Assembly (NCBI RefSeq): GCF_009914755.1 | Contig: NC_060931.1 | DNA: 64,000 bases | From: the human T2T-CHM13v2.0 reference genome, Homo sapiens | Direction: 5' to 3' (one strand) | Part shown: positions 35,042 through 59,277 of the stretch, one piece after another | Layout: each line of letters opens with the position of its first letter | Position numbering within the stretch: position 1 is the stretch's first letter | The notes under the pieces: generated by a model | The model's input: only the letters and a program-made list of their open reading frames with translations | What the model was told of the DNA's origin: nothing | The model's database searches: none | Made by a program: the position numbers and the translations under genes

Positions 35042-35936
35042 TACCTTATTTTCCTCAGCTGTAAAATGAGGATAATAGCAGATTCTCCTTCTTGGGGTGA
35101 TTGTAAGAACTAAATGAATTTATACATGTGGCATGCTGAGAGTAGCACCTGGCACAGAGTGCATTGTTCGTCCTATGCTGCACAGCAGGGTAACCTGCAC
35201 CCTCAGCCACAGCTCAGTTTATCTCCTCAGCCAGAGCACCCATAGGTGTCTGAGCCATGCTGGAAAGTCACCTGGAGTGGTGCCCATTGAGAGATGGCAG
35301 CCCCTATGTATCAGGAGGCTAGAGCCCAGAACAGAAGAAATACAGTTGAATATGTGCCAGATATGTGGGTCAAGAAGATAAAAGTGAATTTATTCAATGT
35401 TGTTATAAGTTTTGAAATACATTCTCAAGAATTAAAAAACCCCTTCTGGACACTTAGCACTTTTTAGCTGTTAAGTAATAAGTGCTTTTAGCCATTATTA
35501 CTATTATGTAAAGATAGGTAACATTCGTTGAGCACTTACTATGTCCCAGGTACCTAGTAAGTCGTTATTTGTAATATCTTATTTAATTCTCATAACAACC
35601 TCATGACATAAGAACTGTCTGCCTCAGTTTCCTCATCTATAAACATGGATTATTAAAATTTATCTGATAGGACTCCCGTGAAGATAAAATAAGGCTGAGA
35701 ACAGAGCTTAGCAAATATTAAGAGTTCCATAAATGCTAGCTTGATATGAATGTATTATGATGTTCATTTTACAGATGAAGAAATTGAAGCTATGAGAAGC
35801 TAAAAGGGGCTCGTTCAAGGTCCCACACAAAGCACATGGGCAGGGAAGTCAGTTCAGGTCCTCATACAAAACCTCACCCCAGCCCTGTGAAATAGTGAAA
35901 TAGGTATTATTATTATTCCTGTTTTATAAAGGGGAA

Positions 35937-36674
<738 letters not shown>

Positions 36675-37372
36675 GACCATTTCATGGATCATACTAAATA
36701 TATTAAAACAAAGAGTTAAAAGTTACTGCTCAGGGTTGTCTTTGAGGTTGAATAAGTTTGACATTTAAAGGGATTTCCCTTTAAAGTCATTGTTTGACTG
36801 CCCAAGTGATCTTAATGACATAATTTGAAGTCTTCTCCCAGGCCCCCCAGTGCATCCTGTCTCTGCTAATTCCTGGCCATCTTGCAGCTGAGTCTGCAGA
36901 GTCATATTTCAGATACTTTATTTTCCCTGTCAGCACACAGCAGCCATTATGGGTTCATTTCTGTAAAAGCAGAGTGAATTATTCATTAGAACATCATTAC
37001 AAGCTTTGCAATGGAAAATTATTTTCACTTCTGCATGTAATGAACTTCGCAAAGAACCAACAAAAGGAGAAATTTTGCAGGTATAGGAAAGAAAAGACAG
37101 GAGGTGGTTGTAGGCATTTATTTTCTTGTCGTAATCAAATAATTCCTCTAATAATTGTCTCTGATAGTTACTAAGGAAATGCGTAAGAGCAGAAACTGAG
37201 AATGTAGGTCGTCAACATCAGCGTGTCCCAGAAATCCATTTGCACAGCGATGATAAGGATGGTTGACCTGTCTGGGACCTTTATTGCTGTAGGTTCCTGA
37301 TTTTGCTTAGGAAGGAGGATTCCCTGGCCTGGGTCTGGATGAATCAAATAGGTCTCCTTAAACCACCCTTCT

Positions 37373-37999
<627 letters not shown>

Positions 38000-38110
38000 C
38001 AGGCTTAAGATCTTCTATGTGAAGGTTTCCCTGAAAGTGACTCCACCTGTGCCCCACTCTGGCCAGAGCTCCACAGTCACTAACACCCCTTGGCTTCTCT
38101 CTCCTTTCAG

Positions 38111-38248
38111 AATCCGGGAATTGACATCGGTGATGTCTCCGAAAGAAGAGCATTAAGGAAAAGTTTAAAGTGTAAGAATTTCCAGTGGTACCTGGACCAT
38201 GTTTACCCAGAAATGAGAAGATACAATAATACCGTTGCTTACGGGGAG
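38111..38248 (+). CDS. GALNT17: GALNT17 internal coding exon (probably exon 8), end of catalytic domain and linker
   Basis: Acceptor ctctctctcctttcAG|AAT, donor GAG|GTaatt; 138 nt = 46 codons: [46 protein letters not shown] (GDVSER..LR..L.CK.F.WYL..VYPE motif); in frame with the previous exon. Confidence 0.96.
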
Positions 38249-39019
38249 GTAATTCAGACCGTGCATGCTTTTGGCTTGGAATGCTGTTCAATATGCTGTG
38301 GGTTGCTTCGCTGGGGAGAAATAGAGTTGCTCATTCATTCATTCAGTGAGTGGTTTTTGGAGGTGCTGGCCCTGATAGCAAGATTCTCTCTAGCTGGGGG
38401 GTTGGGGTAGGGAACAAATGTGATGAATGTTACAATGGACTATGGATAAAAGACTATGATAGTCTACTTTGCCTGAGATATGTAGCAGATAATGAATCCT
38501 GTTTGGGAAATTTTGACTTTGAGGTCCTCTGGGACCTGTAAATGGAGATATTGAGCAGGAAGTTTGGATGTAACGAGAGGCAGGAGGGTTGGAGTCCTCC
38601 ATTGCTCTGTGCTGTGGGCTGGAATCACTTATCAAAGAAAGGAGGAAACGTTCTCAGATTGTCTATGGTGTGATCATATCACCTTTCTAAACCTGAAAGC
38701 AAAGCGATTTTTCTCTTATTACAAATACCATCAATATGCATTTGAGAACATTTTGGAAATAATAATACTAGGGATGAATATTTGAGTGCTTTTGAAGTAC
38801 TGGGCACTATTCTAAGTGCTTTTTGCATACAAATTAATTTCACCTTCACCTTATGAGAGATTAGCGTTATTTCTGTTTTCTTGATAAGAAAACTGCAACT
38901 TAGAGAAATTATCTAACTTACCTAAGGTCACAGAGCGTGTAAGTCACAAAGCCAAGGTTGGACTTGGGGATCTGGATACCAGAGATAACGTGTACACTTT
39001 GATGTGTGGGCCTCCGGAC

Positions 39020-39085
39020 TGTGTGTGTGTGTGTGTGTGTGTGCGCGTGTGTGTGTGTGCATGTGTGTGTATATGTGTGCATGTG
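39020..39085. repeat. (TG)n microsatellite, interrupted
   Basis: Directly visible. Confidence 0.93.
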
Positions 39086-39886
39086 TATATACCCATGTAT
39101 TTTTTTTACTAAAACCATTCCATTCACAATGCCTAATAATTTGAAATTTTACTCAATAATATGGAGGATATATAAGTGTATCATGAAATATTTTTTGTCA
39201 GTAATTAATGGCCGCACATGGTTCCACTTTTTGTGTAAGCTGGGCTTTGCTTGAGAACATAGACACTGGTGTCTTTTCCAATTTTAAAATATCACAAGTA
39301 CCATTGCTGAGAACATCTTCATATAGAAACACTCATGCATCCACCTCATTCTCCCTTGTGATGCCTGTTTGAGATGGAATCGGTGACACACAGTCAGGCC
39401 AAGGAGCAGAGAGCCAGGTGCTCTCAATTTGGCTGAGACACCCCATTAGCTCTGCAATCGGGTTTTCTTTCCTGGGACTCCCTGTGACTACCAGGTTAAA
39501 GCTAAGAAGAATCCCTTTGACTTAGGAGTATTTACATTTTTCTACAACTGTGGATTTTCCTATTCTTTGCCTGCTGCCTTTTATAGAAAATAAATCAACC
39601 ACAGGTTAAGTCATCAGGGTGTAGAGTGGTGACCCTCCTGAGCTGGAATTTGGAATGGGATGCTCACATCTTGCAAGGGCAGTCTCTAGGGCGGTTAGGG
39701 ATACATGAAGACTAGAGCCAGCCTGCTGGGTTCAAATCCTAGTAGGCTGTTACCAGCTGTGTGGGTCTGCTTGGCAGCCATTCCCTCATCTATAAAATGG
39801 GAGGAAGGAGAGTATCTCCTCTACAGGATTCCTGGGAGGATAAAATGAGCTGTGATGTGTGAAGTTCTTAGAACGGTACCTGGCAT

Positions 39887-44816
<4,930 letters not shown>

Positions 44817-45347
44817 TAATTTGCTTTTAGGCTCTTCATGCCTTTATGCAAATAATGACCTGAGAAGCTAACCTCTGATTACCCAGTTTATTAAAACCAA
44901 TGTCGGTGCTGAGGCCCACTTACAAGCCTAACCATCTGGATAACTGGATTTTACAAGCCACTTAGAAGACTTAGAAGCCACTGAGAAGCTTAGAAGCCAC
45001 TTAGAAGCTTCAAAGCCGTTTAGAAGTCTAAGATCGGGGTAACCAGTGCTCCTGTATGCAGAAGTTCCCTGAGATTGCCTTTCATGTTAGGAATGGAGGT
45101 GCTGTGAGGGTGGGGGGGCAAGCTGCCCAGGACACAGTCAGAGACCTAGCATCCATGCCATCCACCTTAAGACTTGATCTTTCTTGTTAAGGTGATCACC
45201 GCAAAGATTTGAGCCCTGGTCCTCACTTAGAGGCTCGTGTTGTCTTCCCATCATGAAGTTGGAACCAAGCCATGGTAGAACAGTGACTCGGCATCCACAC
45301 CTCCACTAGCTGAGCTCTCATGGGTCGTGTTTTGTCTATTCTTGCAG

Positions 45348-45443
45348 CTTCGCAACAACAAGGCAAAAGACGTCTGCTTGGACCAGGGGCCGCTGGAGAA
45401 CCACACAGCAATATTGTATCCGTGCCATGGCTGGGGACCACAG
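45348..45443 (+). CDS. GALNT17: GALNT17 internal coding exon (probably exon 9), ricin B lectin alpha repeat
   Basis: Not in the ORF track in this frame. Acceptor ttttgtctattcttgcAG|CTT, donor CAG|GTagga; 96 nt = 32 codons: LRNNKAKDVCLDQGPLENHTAILYPCHGWGPQ (CLD...CHG lectin motif). Confidence 0.95.
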
Positions 45444-45547
45444 GTAGGAGCTCGTCTCTGACCAGGAAGGAAGTAATATCACCATCTCCGACCCACAGAG
45501 GCCTTGCAGGCCTTCTGGATAAACTTTGTTGCTGTCTACCTTGGTAG

Positions 45548-47548
<2,001 letters not shown>

Positions 47549-47997
47549 AAGTGCACGTCTTCATTCATTCATTCACTCAACTAATATGTCTTGATTACCT
47601 ATTCTAAAATGCTAGGCACCACTGTAACACAGGCAGCTGGTATGATGCAGTCTTTGCTCCCAAATCGTTTACCCTTGAAGGGGAGGGACTAGAAAAGAGG
47701 CAAGAAATCTACAGTAGAATAAGCGTAACCCACGGTGCTGGGGCCTGGGAGGTGGGAGGTAGCCCAGTTTGGCCGGAACTTTGAATGCAAGAGGGAAGGG
47801 AGTGCTGAGAGAGAAGGCAGCAGAGAGGTGGAGAGCAGATGGTGAGAGACCTAAGGAGGCCTGCACCAAGACTCCAGCCTGCACGCTGCAGTGGGCAGCA
47901 GAATCGTCCCCAAGGCTGCGACAACACCAGCTCCTGGGCCCCATCCCCAGAGTTTTTGGGTCAGATCTCCGGTGGGGTCTGAGAGTTTGCTTTTGTT

Positions 47998-48696
47998 TTC
48001 TCCTTCCTTCCTTTTTTTCTTTTTCCCTCCCTCCCTCCCTCCCTCCCTCCCTCTCTCCCTTCCTCCTCCCTCTCTCCCTTCCTCCCTCCCGCTCTCTCTT
48101 CCTCCCTCCTGCTCTCTCTTCCTCCCTCCCTCTCTCCCTTCCTCCCTCCCTCTCTTCCTCCCTCCCGCTCTCCCTTCCTCCCTCCCTCTCTCCCTTCCTC
48201 CCTCCCTCTCTCTCTTCCTCCCTCCCTCTCTCCCTTCCTCCCTCCCTCTCTCCCTTCCTCCCTCCCTCTCTCCCTTCCTCCCTCCCTCTCTCCCTTCCTC
48301 CCTCCCTCTCTCCCTTCCTCCCTCCCTGTCTTCCTCCCTCCCTCTCTCTCTTCCTCCCTCCCTCTCTCCCTTCCTCCCTCCCTCTCTCCCTTCCTCCCTC
48401 CCTCTCTCCCTTCCTCCCTCCCTCTCTCCCTTCCTCCCTCCCTGTCTTCCTCCCTCCCTCTCTCCCTTCCTCCCTTCCTTCCTTCCTTTCCTTCCTTCCT
48501 CCCTCTCTCCCTCCTTCCTTCCTTTCTTCCTTTCCTTTTGTTTCCTTTCCTTTCCTTTCTTTCTTTTCCCTTCCTTCCTTCCTTCCTTTCTTCCTTCCTT
48601 CCTTCCCCCCTTCCTTTCTTCCTTTCCTTTCCTTTTTTCTTTCCTTCCTTCCTTCCTTCCTTTTCTTCCTTCCTTCATTTTCTTCTTTCTTTTTTT
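47998..48696. repeat. Polypyrimidine array: ~20-bp unit CCTCCCTCTCTCCCTTCCTC followed by (CCTT)n/(CTTT)n
   Basis: 20-nt periodicity is directly visible from ~48060 to 48470; the tract is almost purely C/T over ~700 bp. Confidence 0.95.
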
Positions 48697-48698
48697 AA

Positions 48699-49011
<313 letters not shown>

Positions 49012-49602
49012 TGATGCTGATGCCGCTGGTTTGAGGAAATGGGACTTGATCCAGAGGATGTCAGGGAGCCACTGGAAGGCTCACCTGGGGGTGGGAGAGG
49101 TGATATGTTTAGACTGCCTACAGCAGTTCCAGCAGGGACTAAGAAGCTATGTCTTGGAATAGACCAAATGAAAAGCCCCAGCTAGTCTCGGGCTGAGATG
49201 GCCAAGAGTTGGATATAGCAACTTGTGGTACTGAGCCTAGAGGACTTGAAGAAAGGGGACATAGAGGGTGGGAGGCAGGGCCCAGCACACTCCCCACACC
49301 ACCTTCCTAGGATACCCACAGCCTCTGGCCCAGGCAGCAAGATCCCAGAGGCTGAGCCTAGGGCAGTCCCACTCCTGGGCCCCATGGCTGTGCCGGATCA
49401 TCCTTTTAGGCAATTACTCCAAGAGTAGCTGTGAAAAGAGCACTTAACTCCCAGACTTCTTTGTTCAATCTTCTGAATAAGTCACATTTGAATGGCGCAC
49501 TTATTAACGGTGACATAGTAGAGGCTATCCCAGTTAGATACTGGCATAATCAAAAACTGCTCCAAGGACGTCCACTTGTCCTATGAATGTGGAACAAAGT
49601 AA

Positions 49603-49944
<342 letters not shown>

Positions 49945-51507
49945 TGATCCACCGACCTTGGCCTCGCAAAGTGCTGGGATTACAGGCAAGAGCCACTGCG
50001 CCCGGCCTCAGGGGAAGGTTTTTAAAGCTACTCAGGAAGCACGTGGGTGAACCTGAGGGCTGGGATGTGAAGGCGGCAGTGTCTGCCTTCTGTGGCCCTG
50101 TGCCCCCCACCCTCCCCATCTGTCTACCCCAGCATCTTTAACACCTTTGTGATGCCTACACCTCCAGACATAGTCTGGGGCAGACTGCTGTGAACTTGAC
50201 CTTCCTTACCTTTCTGTCTGGAGCCTTTATTCCTCTATAGCCCCTCCCTCAAGCTTCTGCCCAGTGGGAACCTGATAGACCAGCAGGAATGCCTGGATGG
50301 CATAATTTCAGGACAACATGGTCAGAACTTTTCTTTCTTTTCTTTTCTCTTTTTAGAGACAAGGTCTTGCTCTGTCACCCATAGCTCTGCAATCATAGCT
50401 CACTGCAGCCTTGACCTCCTAGGCTCAAGAAATCCTCCCATCTCAGCCTCTCAAGTAGCTGGGATTACAGGCATGAATCACCATGCCCAGCTAATTTTTT
50501 TAAAAAAGTTTTTTGTAGAAATAGGGGTCTCCCTATGCTTCCCAGGCTGGTGTAGAAGTCCTGACCTCTGGAACTCCTGATCTCAGGCAATTTTCTCACC
50601 TCCGCCTCCCAAAGTGCTGAGGCTACAGGTGTGAGCCCCTGTGCTTGAGCCTGTGGTTAAAATTTAATGAGGGCTTTCACTCTGAAGGTGACCACCTTCT
50701 GACTCCCTCCCCAGGCAGGAGGCAGACATCAAGTCTCCTTTCCTGCTGGGAGCTTAGTGGCACTCCCAGCACAGTGTGGCCCCTTTGTTAGGAAATGGCT
50801 GGGTTTCATCTTTCCCAGTTCCACCTGCGTGCGGAACTTTTCCAAGTGAAAGCTCCTGCCATGGAGCTGATTAGATTGAGTTGATTTAGAACGGCAAACC
50901 GGATTAGGCTGCTCATGGCTCCCCCGGCTCTGGGATGGACGCTTGTTAAGTGGGCCCCGGCTGCTTTCCGTCAGCTGCTTTTTAAAAAGTCAATCTCATG
51001 TTGCTTTCTGTTCAGCCACGTGTCCTGAATTAGAGAACGCTTGGTGTGGCTCTCCAGCTGCCAGGCGGTCCCTCTACTCACTCATCAAAGCTCCCCCACT
51101 TCCCAAACCCACTCCTTCTGTGCAAGGAGTCCTGTCACCCAACTGGAATCCTTCTAAACTGCTTCCCAAAATGCCATGGGTGCAAACAGTGGCAGAATCA
51201 GAGCTCCTGTAACCAGGCGGCTCTCAGCAGAAGGAATTGGTGCTCCACGGACATCGCTAGCTTAATTAATGGACTCTATGTTGTAATTTATTATCAAACA
51301 GCAATTAAACAGAGATAAAATAGGCACTGAGGAGGGTAATTTCCTGTCTTGCAGCATGTGTTTGTCAACAAGATGTTCCGGGCCACTCAGAGAGCCTTGC
51401 TTGCTCGGAAATGTCTGTCGCCTTGGTTTTGGCTGATTACTAATTAGAATTAGACAAACATCCGCTTCTTTTTGGAAGCCTGAGTTTTATTTAAAAATAG
51501 AATGTCA

Positions 51508-51714
<207 letters not shown>

Positions 51715-53292
51715 TCAGGAGGCGGAGGTTGCAGTGAGCTGAGACCATGCCACTGCACTCCAGCCTGGGCAACAGAGCAACACTCTGTCTCAAAAAAAAA
51801 AAAAAAAAAAACAAAAGAAACCATCAAGGATGCAGTAGCAGCCTTAGTGTTGGCTTGAACCTATTTGGAACAGAAGTTCTTGTCTAAGGAGACCCACAGA
51901 CCCCCAGTTCTACCAGGCTGTTGCCCTCCTGCACCCAGGCCCAGGGTGGGTCCCCAAGCTAGAGCAACCACAGTGAAACCAGAACACTTTGGCTACCCTG
52001 CACGGAGAGCACCCTCCTCTGCCAGGCCCTTCTTGCTACACCGCTCCAGACAGCTGGTCAACCTTCTCCAGCCACAGCTTCTGATTTCTCCAGAAAGGCA
52101 AAGGTGCTATCAGGAAGAAAGAGGGGGCTAGGGGTAGTGCTGACCCCAGGGACCCACTGTGGCATCTTTCTCAGCCCTGAACGCCCCCGATGGCTCTGCA
52201 TCTGCTCTCTCAGGTCCCTACAGCTGACCCGCAGCCCAGGGTTTGAACAGTGCGGCATACAATGGACTCTGGCCCCATAGCCGCGTGTTCCAGCCCCTGC
52301 CTAGGGACAGCTCTGAACACTCTGGGTCAGGGCTGGGCTGTGTTAAAGAACAAAAATGCTGACAATAAGACCCATATCTGTTTTTGGTGACATGTTTAAT
52401 CCTTCCAACTACTCTGTCTGGTAAATAGTAACCTCCTCCCATCCCCCCGACTTTATTTTTTATTTGAGATAGGGTCTTGTTCTGTCATCTAGGCTGGAGT
52501 ACAGTGGTGCAATCATAGCTCGCTGCAGCCTCAAACTCCTGGGTTCAAGCAACCCTCCTGCTTCAGCTTCCAGAGTAACTGGGACTACTGGTTATGAACC
52601 ACCACACCCAGCTAATTTTTCAGTTTTTTTGTAAAGATGGGGTCTCACTATGTTGCCCAAGTTGGTCTGGAACTCCCAACCTCAAGCTGTCCTCCCACCT
52701 TGGCCTCCCAGAGTGCTAGTATTTTGGATGTGAGCCACCTTGCCTGGCACCACCTGCTTTTTTATATTATTATTATTAATGAGAACATGGAGATTCAGAT
52801 AGGGCAATGCCAGCTGTCAAACGAATGTCCCATATCATTTGGTCTTGGGTACTCTGGTCTGCATCTGGTGAATTCTGGAGAGCACCTCATATCCTTGAGT
52901 CCTTCGGTGTTCTCCAGGCCACAGCAAAACACAGTGGAAAGACTCATAGGAAGCAGAGAGGAATGGAACATGAAAGCCCAGGTGCAGAGGCTGGAATCAC
53001 GAGGCACATTTCAGGAAATAATCACACAGTTGGCAGAAGCAGGTGGTTCAGGGTGGCCCAAAAGGGACAGAGTATGGAGATCCTCCGGTGCTAGGATCAA
53101 GGGCTAGGGCTTCCACTCAGCATCTCAGGTGTGGTCCACTGACCCAGTGAACCCTCTGGGGACTTATTGTAACCGCCTCTTCCAAAGTCCAACCCCCGAC
53201 CTAGTGGAGGTGGGGCCTAGGATTCCACATCGTAACAAGCATTGGCAGGTGCTTTTCTTTGTCAATCCACAACTATTTATTGAGCATCTATT

Positions 53293-53531
53293 TTGAGAAC
53301 TTGTTTGGGGGTTCTAGCAGGGGAGTGCAGATACTCGTATACCCTTGACCAAAGACTGGTCTTCCTCTATTGGGGATGGTCATCCTCTTTGACCAAGCAT
53401 GCAGTTTCAGGAGGGATGCACGTGGAGGGGTGAGGGAGAAAGGGGACACCCGTCTAGCCAGCCAGATCAGCTGAATCAACCCTGGCGATCAATGGGATGA
53501 CAGATGTTGCAGCCAGATCACCCTCACATCC
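53293..53531 (-). pseudogene. 7SK snRNA retropseudogene (RN7SKP class), 3'-truncated and without poly(A)
   Basis: Reverse complement reads GGATGTGAGGGTGATCTGGCTGCAACATCTGTCATCCCATTGATCGCCAGGGTTGATTCAGCTGATCTGGCTGGCTAG...GGTCAAGGGTATACGAGTA...AAACAAGTTCTCAA, matching about nt 1-240 of 7SK. 13-bp TSD TGAGCATCTATTT at 53281-53293 and 53535-53547. Confidence 0.93.
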
Positions 53532-53684
53532 AAGTGAGCATCTATTTAGGATAATGCTGTGAATTAGGCCATATAGGTGGTGATCATATGTCCCTATCTG
53601 CCCAGGACAGACCCTGTTTAGGCCTAGTGTCCCAGCTTGATTTTTTGTTTTTAATTTATAACACTATCTTAGTTTTTTATATAA

Positions 53685-53985
<301 letters not shown>

Positions 53986-54806
53986 TAGGCCTCCCAAAGT
54001 TCTGGAATTACAGGCGTAAGCCACGGCGCCCAGCCTGTTTACTCTTTATAATGTATAATTTTGCAGGTTTTAGCAAGCACATGTGATCAAGTAATCACAC
54101 CATAATCAAGATACAGAGCAGTTCAATATTCCCCTGAACCTCTGCCCACATATACTTTTTAAAAAGATTTATTTTGTTAGAGACAGCATCTCACTCTGTC
54201 ACCCAGGCTGGAGCACAGTGGTGCCACCAGAGCTCACTGTGGCCTTGAACTCCTGGGCTCAAGCAATCCTGCTGCCTTAGCCTCCTGAGTAGCTGGGATT
54301 ACAGTCACACACCACCATACCAGGCTTTTTTATTTTTTTTTTTAAATTTTTGTAGAGATAGGGATCTCACTATGTTGCCCAGGCTGGTCCCAAACTCCTG
54401 GGCTCAAGTGATCCGCCCACCGCTGCCTCCCAAAGTGCTGGGATGATAGGTATAAGCCAGTGCGCCCAGCCTTCCACATACTTTTATACACATCACAATC
54501 ACTTTTGAGGACCATAGTTGAGAGAGTGTTCATAGAAGTTGCCTGTACACCTGCACATGTTCAAACCTAACACGTTCCTGCAAATTCTGATGCAGCTTTG
54601 TCCCCGAGCTGAGACTCACTGCCCCTCCACAGCCCATACCATGGACGAGGTGTGACTAACAGGGTCTGCAAGAAATGGCCCTGGAGATTTCGACGGGCAC
54701 TCTTTGAAACAGCTACTGGCTGTAATGAGATGTTCGTAAGATGAGGTGTGCACTGTGGGAAGGAATTGAGGGTGGGAGTCCCTCTTGGAAGGTGTCAAGC
54801 TCTGTT

Positions 54807-54896
54807 CCCAGGACCTTTCTGATTCAGTAGGCTCAGGGGAGGACATTAGCGCCCAGGACCTTTCTGATTCAGTAGGCTCAGGGGAGGACATTAGCG
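54807..54896. repeat. Perfect 2 x 45-bp tandem duplication
   Basis: CCCAGGACCTTTCTGATTCAGTAGGCTCAGGGGAGGACATTAGCG at 54807-54851 and 54852-54896. Confidence 0.95.
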
Positions 54897-56391
54897 ACGT
54901 CTCCTCTGTGTGTCCTCCCTGTTAATACATTTTCCTCCTCTTCTCCGTCCTTTCCGAGAGACTCAACGTTTCTTCTCTCAGTTAATTCATCACCAAAATG
55001 ACAGATGAGATTCTTTTATCCTGTAATTAAATTCAATCTGATCTTGGACTCATTCTCTGATGGCTTCATCTTTTAAGCGATACATCATCCAAACACCTTG
55101 TCATTATGATGCATTGTGCCAATAAGGCACCCGTGCCCTGCTGGCGTGACGGGGCTCTGGCGAGCTATTAGCATGTAGGAGGCACCCCTGGTCGTCGTCG
55201 GAAAACACAGAAGTGAGTGACACCCAGCAGCCTCTTGGCTTCCAGATGCTATCATGTAAGTGTCGGAGCTCAGGCAACGCAGCCTTTGAGAACACATTGA
55301 AGTTTCGCCCAAGAAAAGATGGCTTTGGTCCAGAAAACAGGCCTGAGGTTCTGGGAATATGCCTCTCCCATTTGATAAGAAGCAAACTTGATCATCCCTT
55401 TCCATCCACGAAAACCCAGTTCCTAGAAATCACCATGGGGGTCAAATCAGGGGATCTGTAGACCTTCTGGAAAACAGAGTTGGGGGACTGAAGGCAGATA
55501 CTTTTTAAAAATTTTTTTATTAATTAACTATATATTTCATGACAAGGTCTTGCTCTGTCACCCAGCCTGGAGTGCGGTGGTGCAGTCAGCTCACTGCAAC
55601 CTCAATCTCCCAGACTACAGGTGCACACCACCATGCCTAGCTAATTTTTTTGTGTTATTTGTACAGATGGGGTCTTGCTGTGTTGCCCAAGCTGGTCTCA
55701 AACTCCTAGGCTCGAGTGATTCTCCCCCCTCAGCCTCCCAAAGTGCTGGGATTACAAGTATGAGCCACTGCACCTGACCCAGATACTTTTGATGCTGAGA
55801 AAACCTGCTGCACACACAAATGGGAGATGAAACAGAAAATAGGAGAGGAAATGCTGATGGTGTTCTATGTATCTGAAATTCGACACCACAGAGGTTCTGA
55901 ACCACTTATTTTCATTTTCCATTTTCAATCTCTTATGCCATATTTTTTAAAACCTCTCCTTTTGCATTCCAATGCAACACTTATAAATTCGTCTTACCTC
56001 GTTGCACGCAGATAGTGAGAATATTAACAGCCTTTTTTGTTGTTGCTGTTGCTCTTCTGACTCGTCTTCTCTCAAAATATTCAAAATGTTTCTGATTTTA
56101 TTACTTTGGGTTGTTAGTTCCTGCCTCCTGGGCCCTGCGTCCATCAGCCTGTGTGTACACTCCTTGCAGCCACCCTCTTTGCAGACCTCCATGCAATGCA
56201 GTTTTACATGCTTTCTGCTTGCTGAGATTTTCCCCGAGGCTTTGGGGGACCCAGGCCTCTTTCTCTGCCATCTGCTTTGCTTCTCTTTTCTATTTCCAAC
56301 TCCCAATTCCGTTTTTCTAATTATCCCTGAGAAGTGGCTCTCTCGTGATCCACGTGCAGAGCACAGGAAGGCTTGAGTTCCTAAATATTTC

Positions 56392-56578
56392 CTGCTGATG
56401 TATCACCTAAGTTTATGAAATATTCCAAATATTCTGTTGTGTCCTTTCAACAATATTCACAACATCTTCATCAGGAGTAGATTCCTCCTCAAGAGACCAC
56501 TGTCTTTGCTTATCCATTAAGAAACAACTCTATATCTGTTCCTGTTTGATCATAAGATTGTAGCAATTCCATGCCATC
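56392..56578 (-). mobile_element. Inverted internal Tigger1 fragment corresponding to 58606-58788
   Basis: Its reverse complement aligns along its whole length with 58606-58788 (shared GGATAAGCAAAGACAGTGGTCTCTTGAG and GATGTTGTGAATATTGTTGAAA). Confidence 0.88.
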
Positions 56579-56604
56579 AGTGTGCAGAAGTAAAGACACA
56601 TGTA

Positions 56605-59277
<2,673 letters not shown>

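Noticed and set aside
45320-45547. 75-aa + strand ORF over the third exon
   Set aside because: Wrong frame; the real frame starts at 45348 (LRNNKAKDVCLD).
54807-54896. Direct repeats as a CRISPR-like array
   Set aside because: Only two abutting copies with no spacers, in a eukaryotic context.
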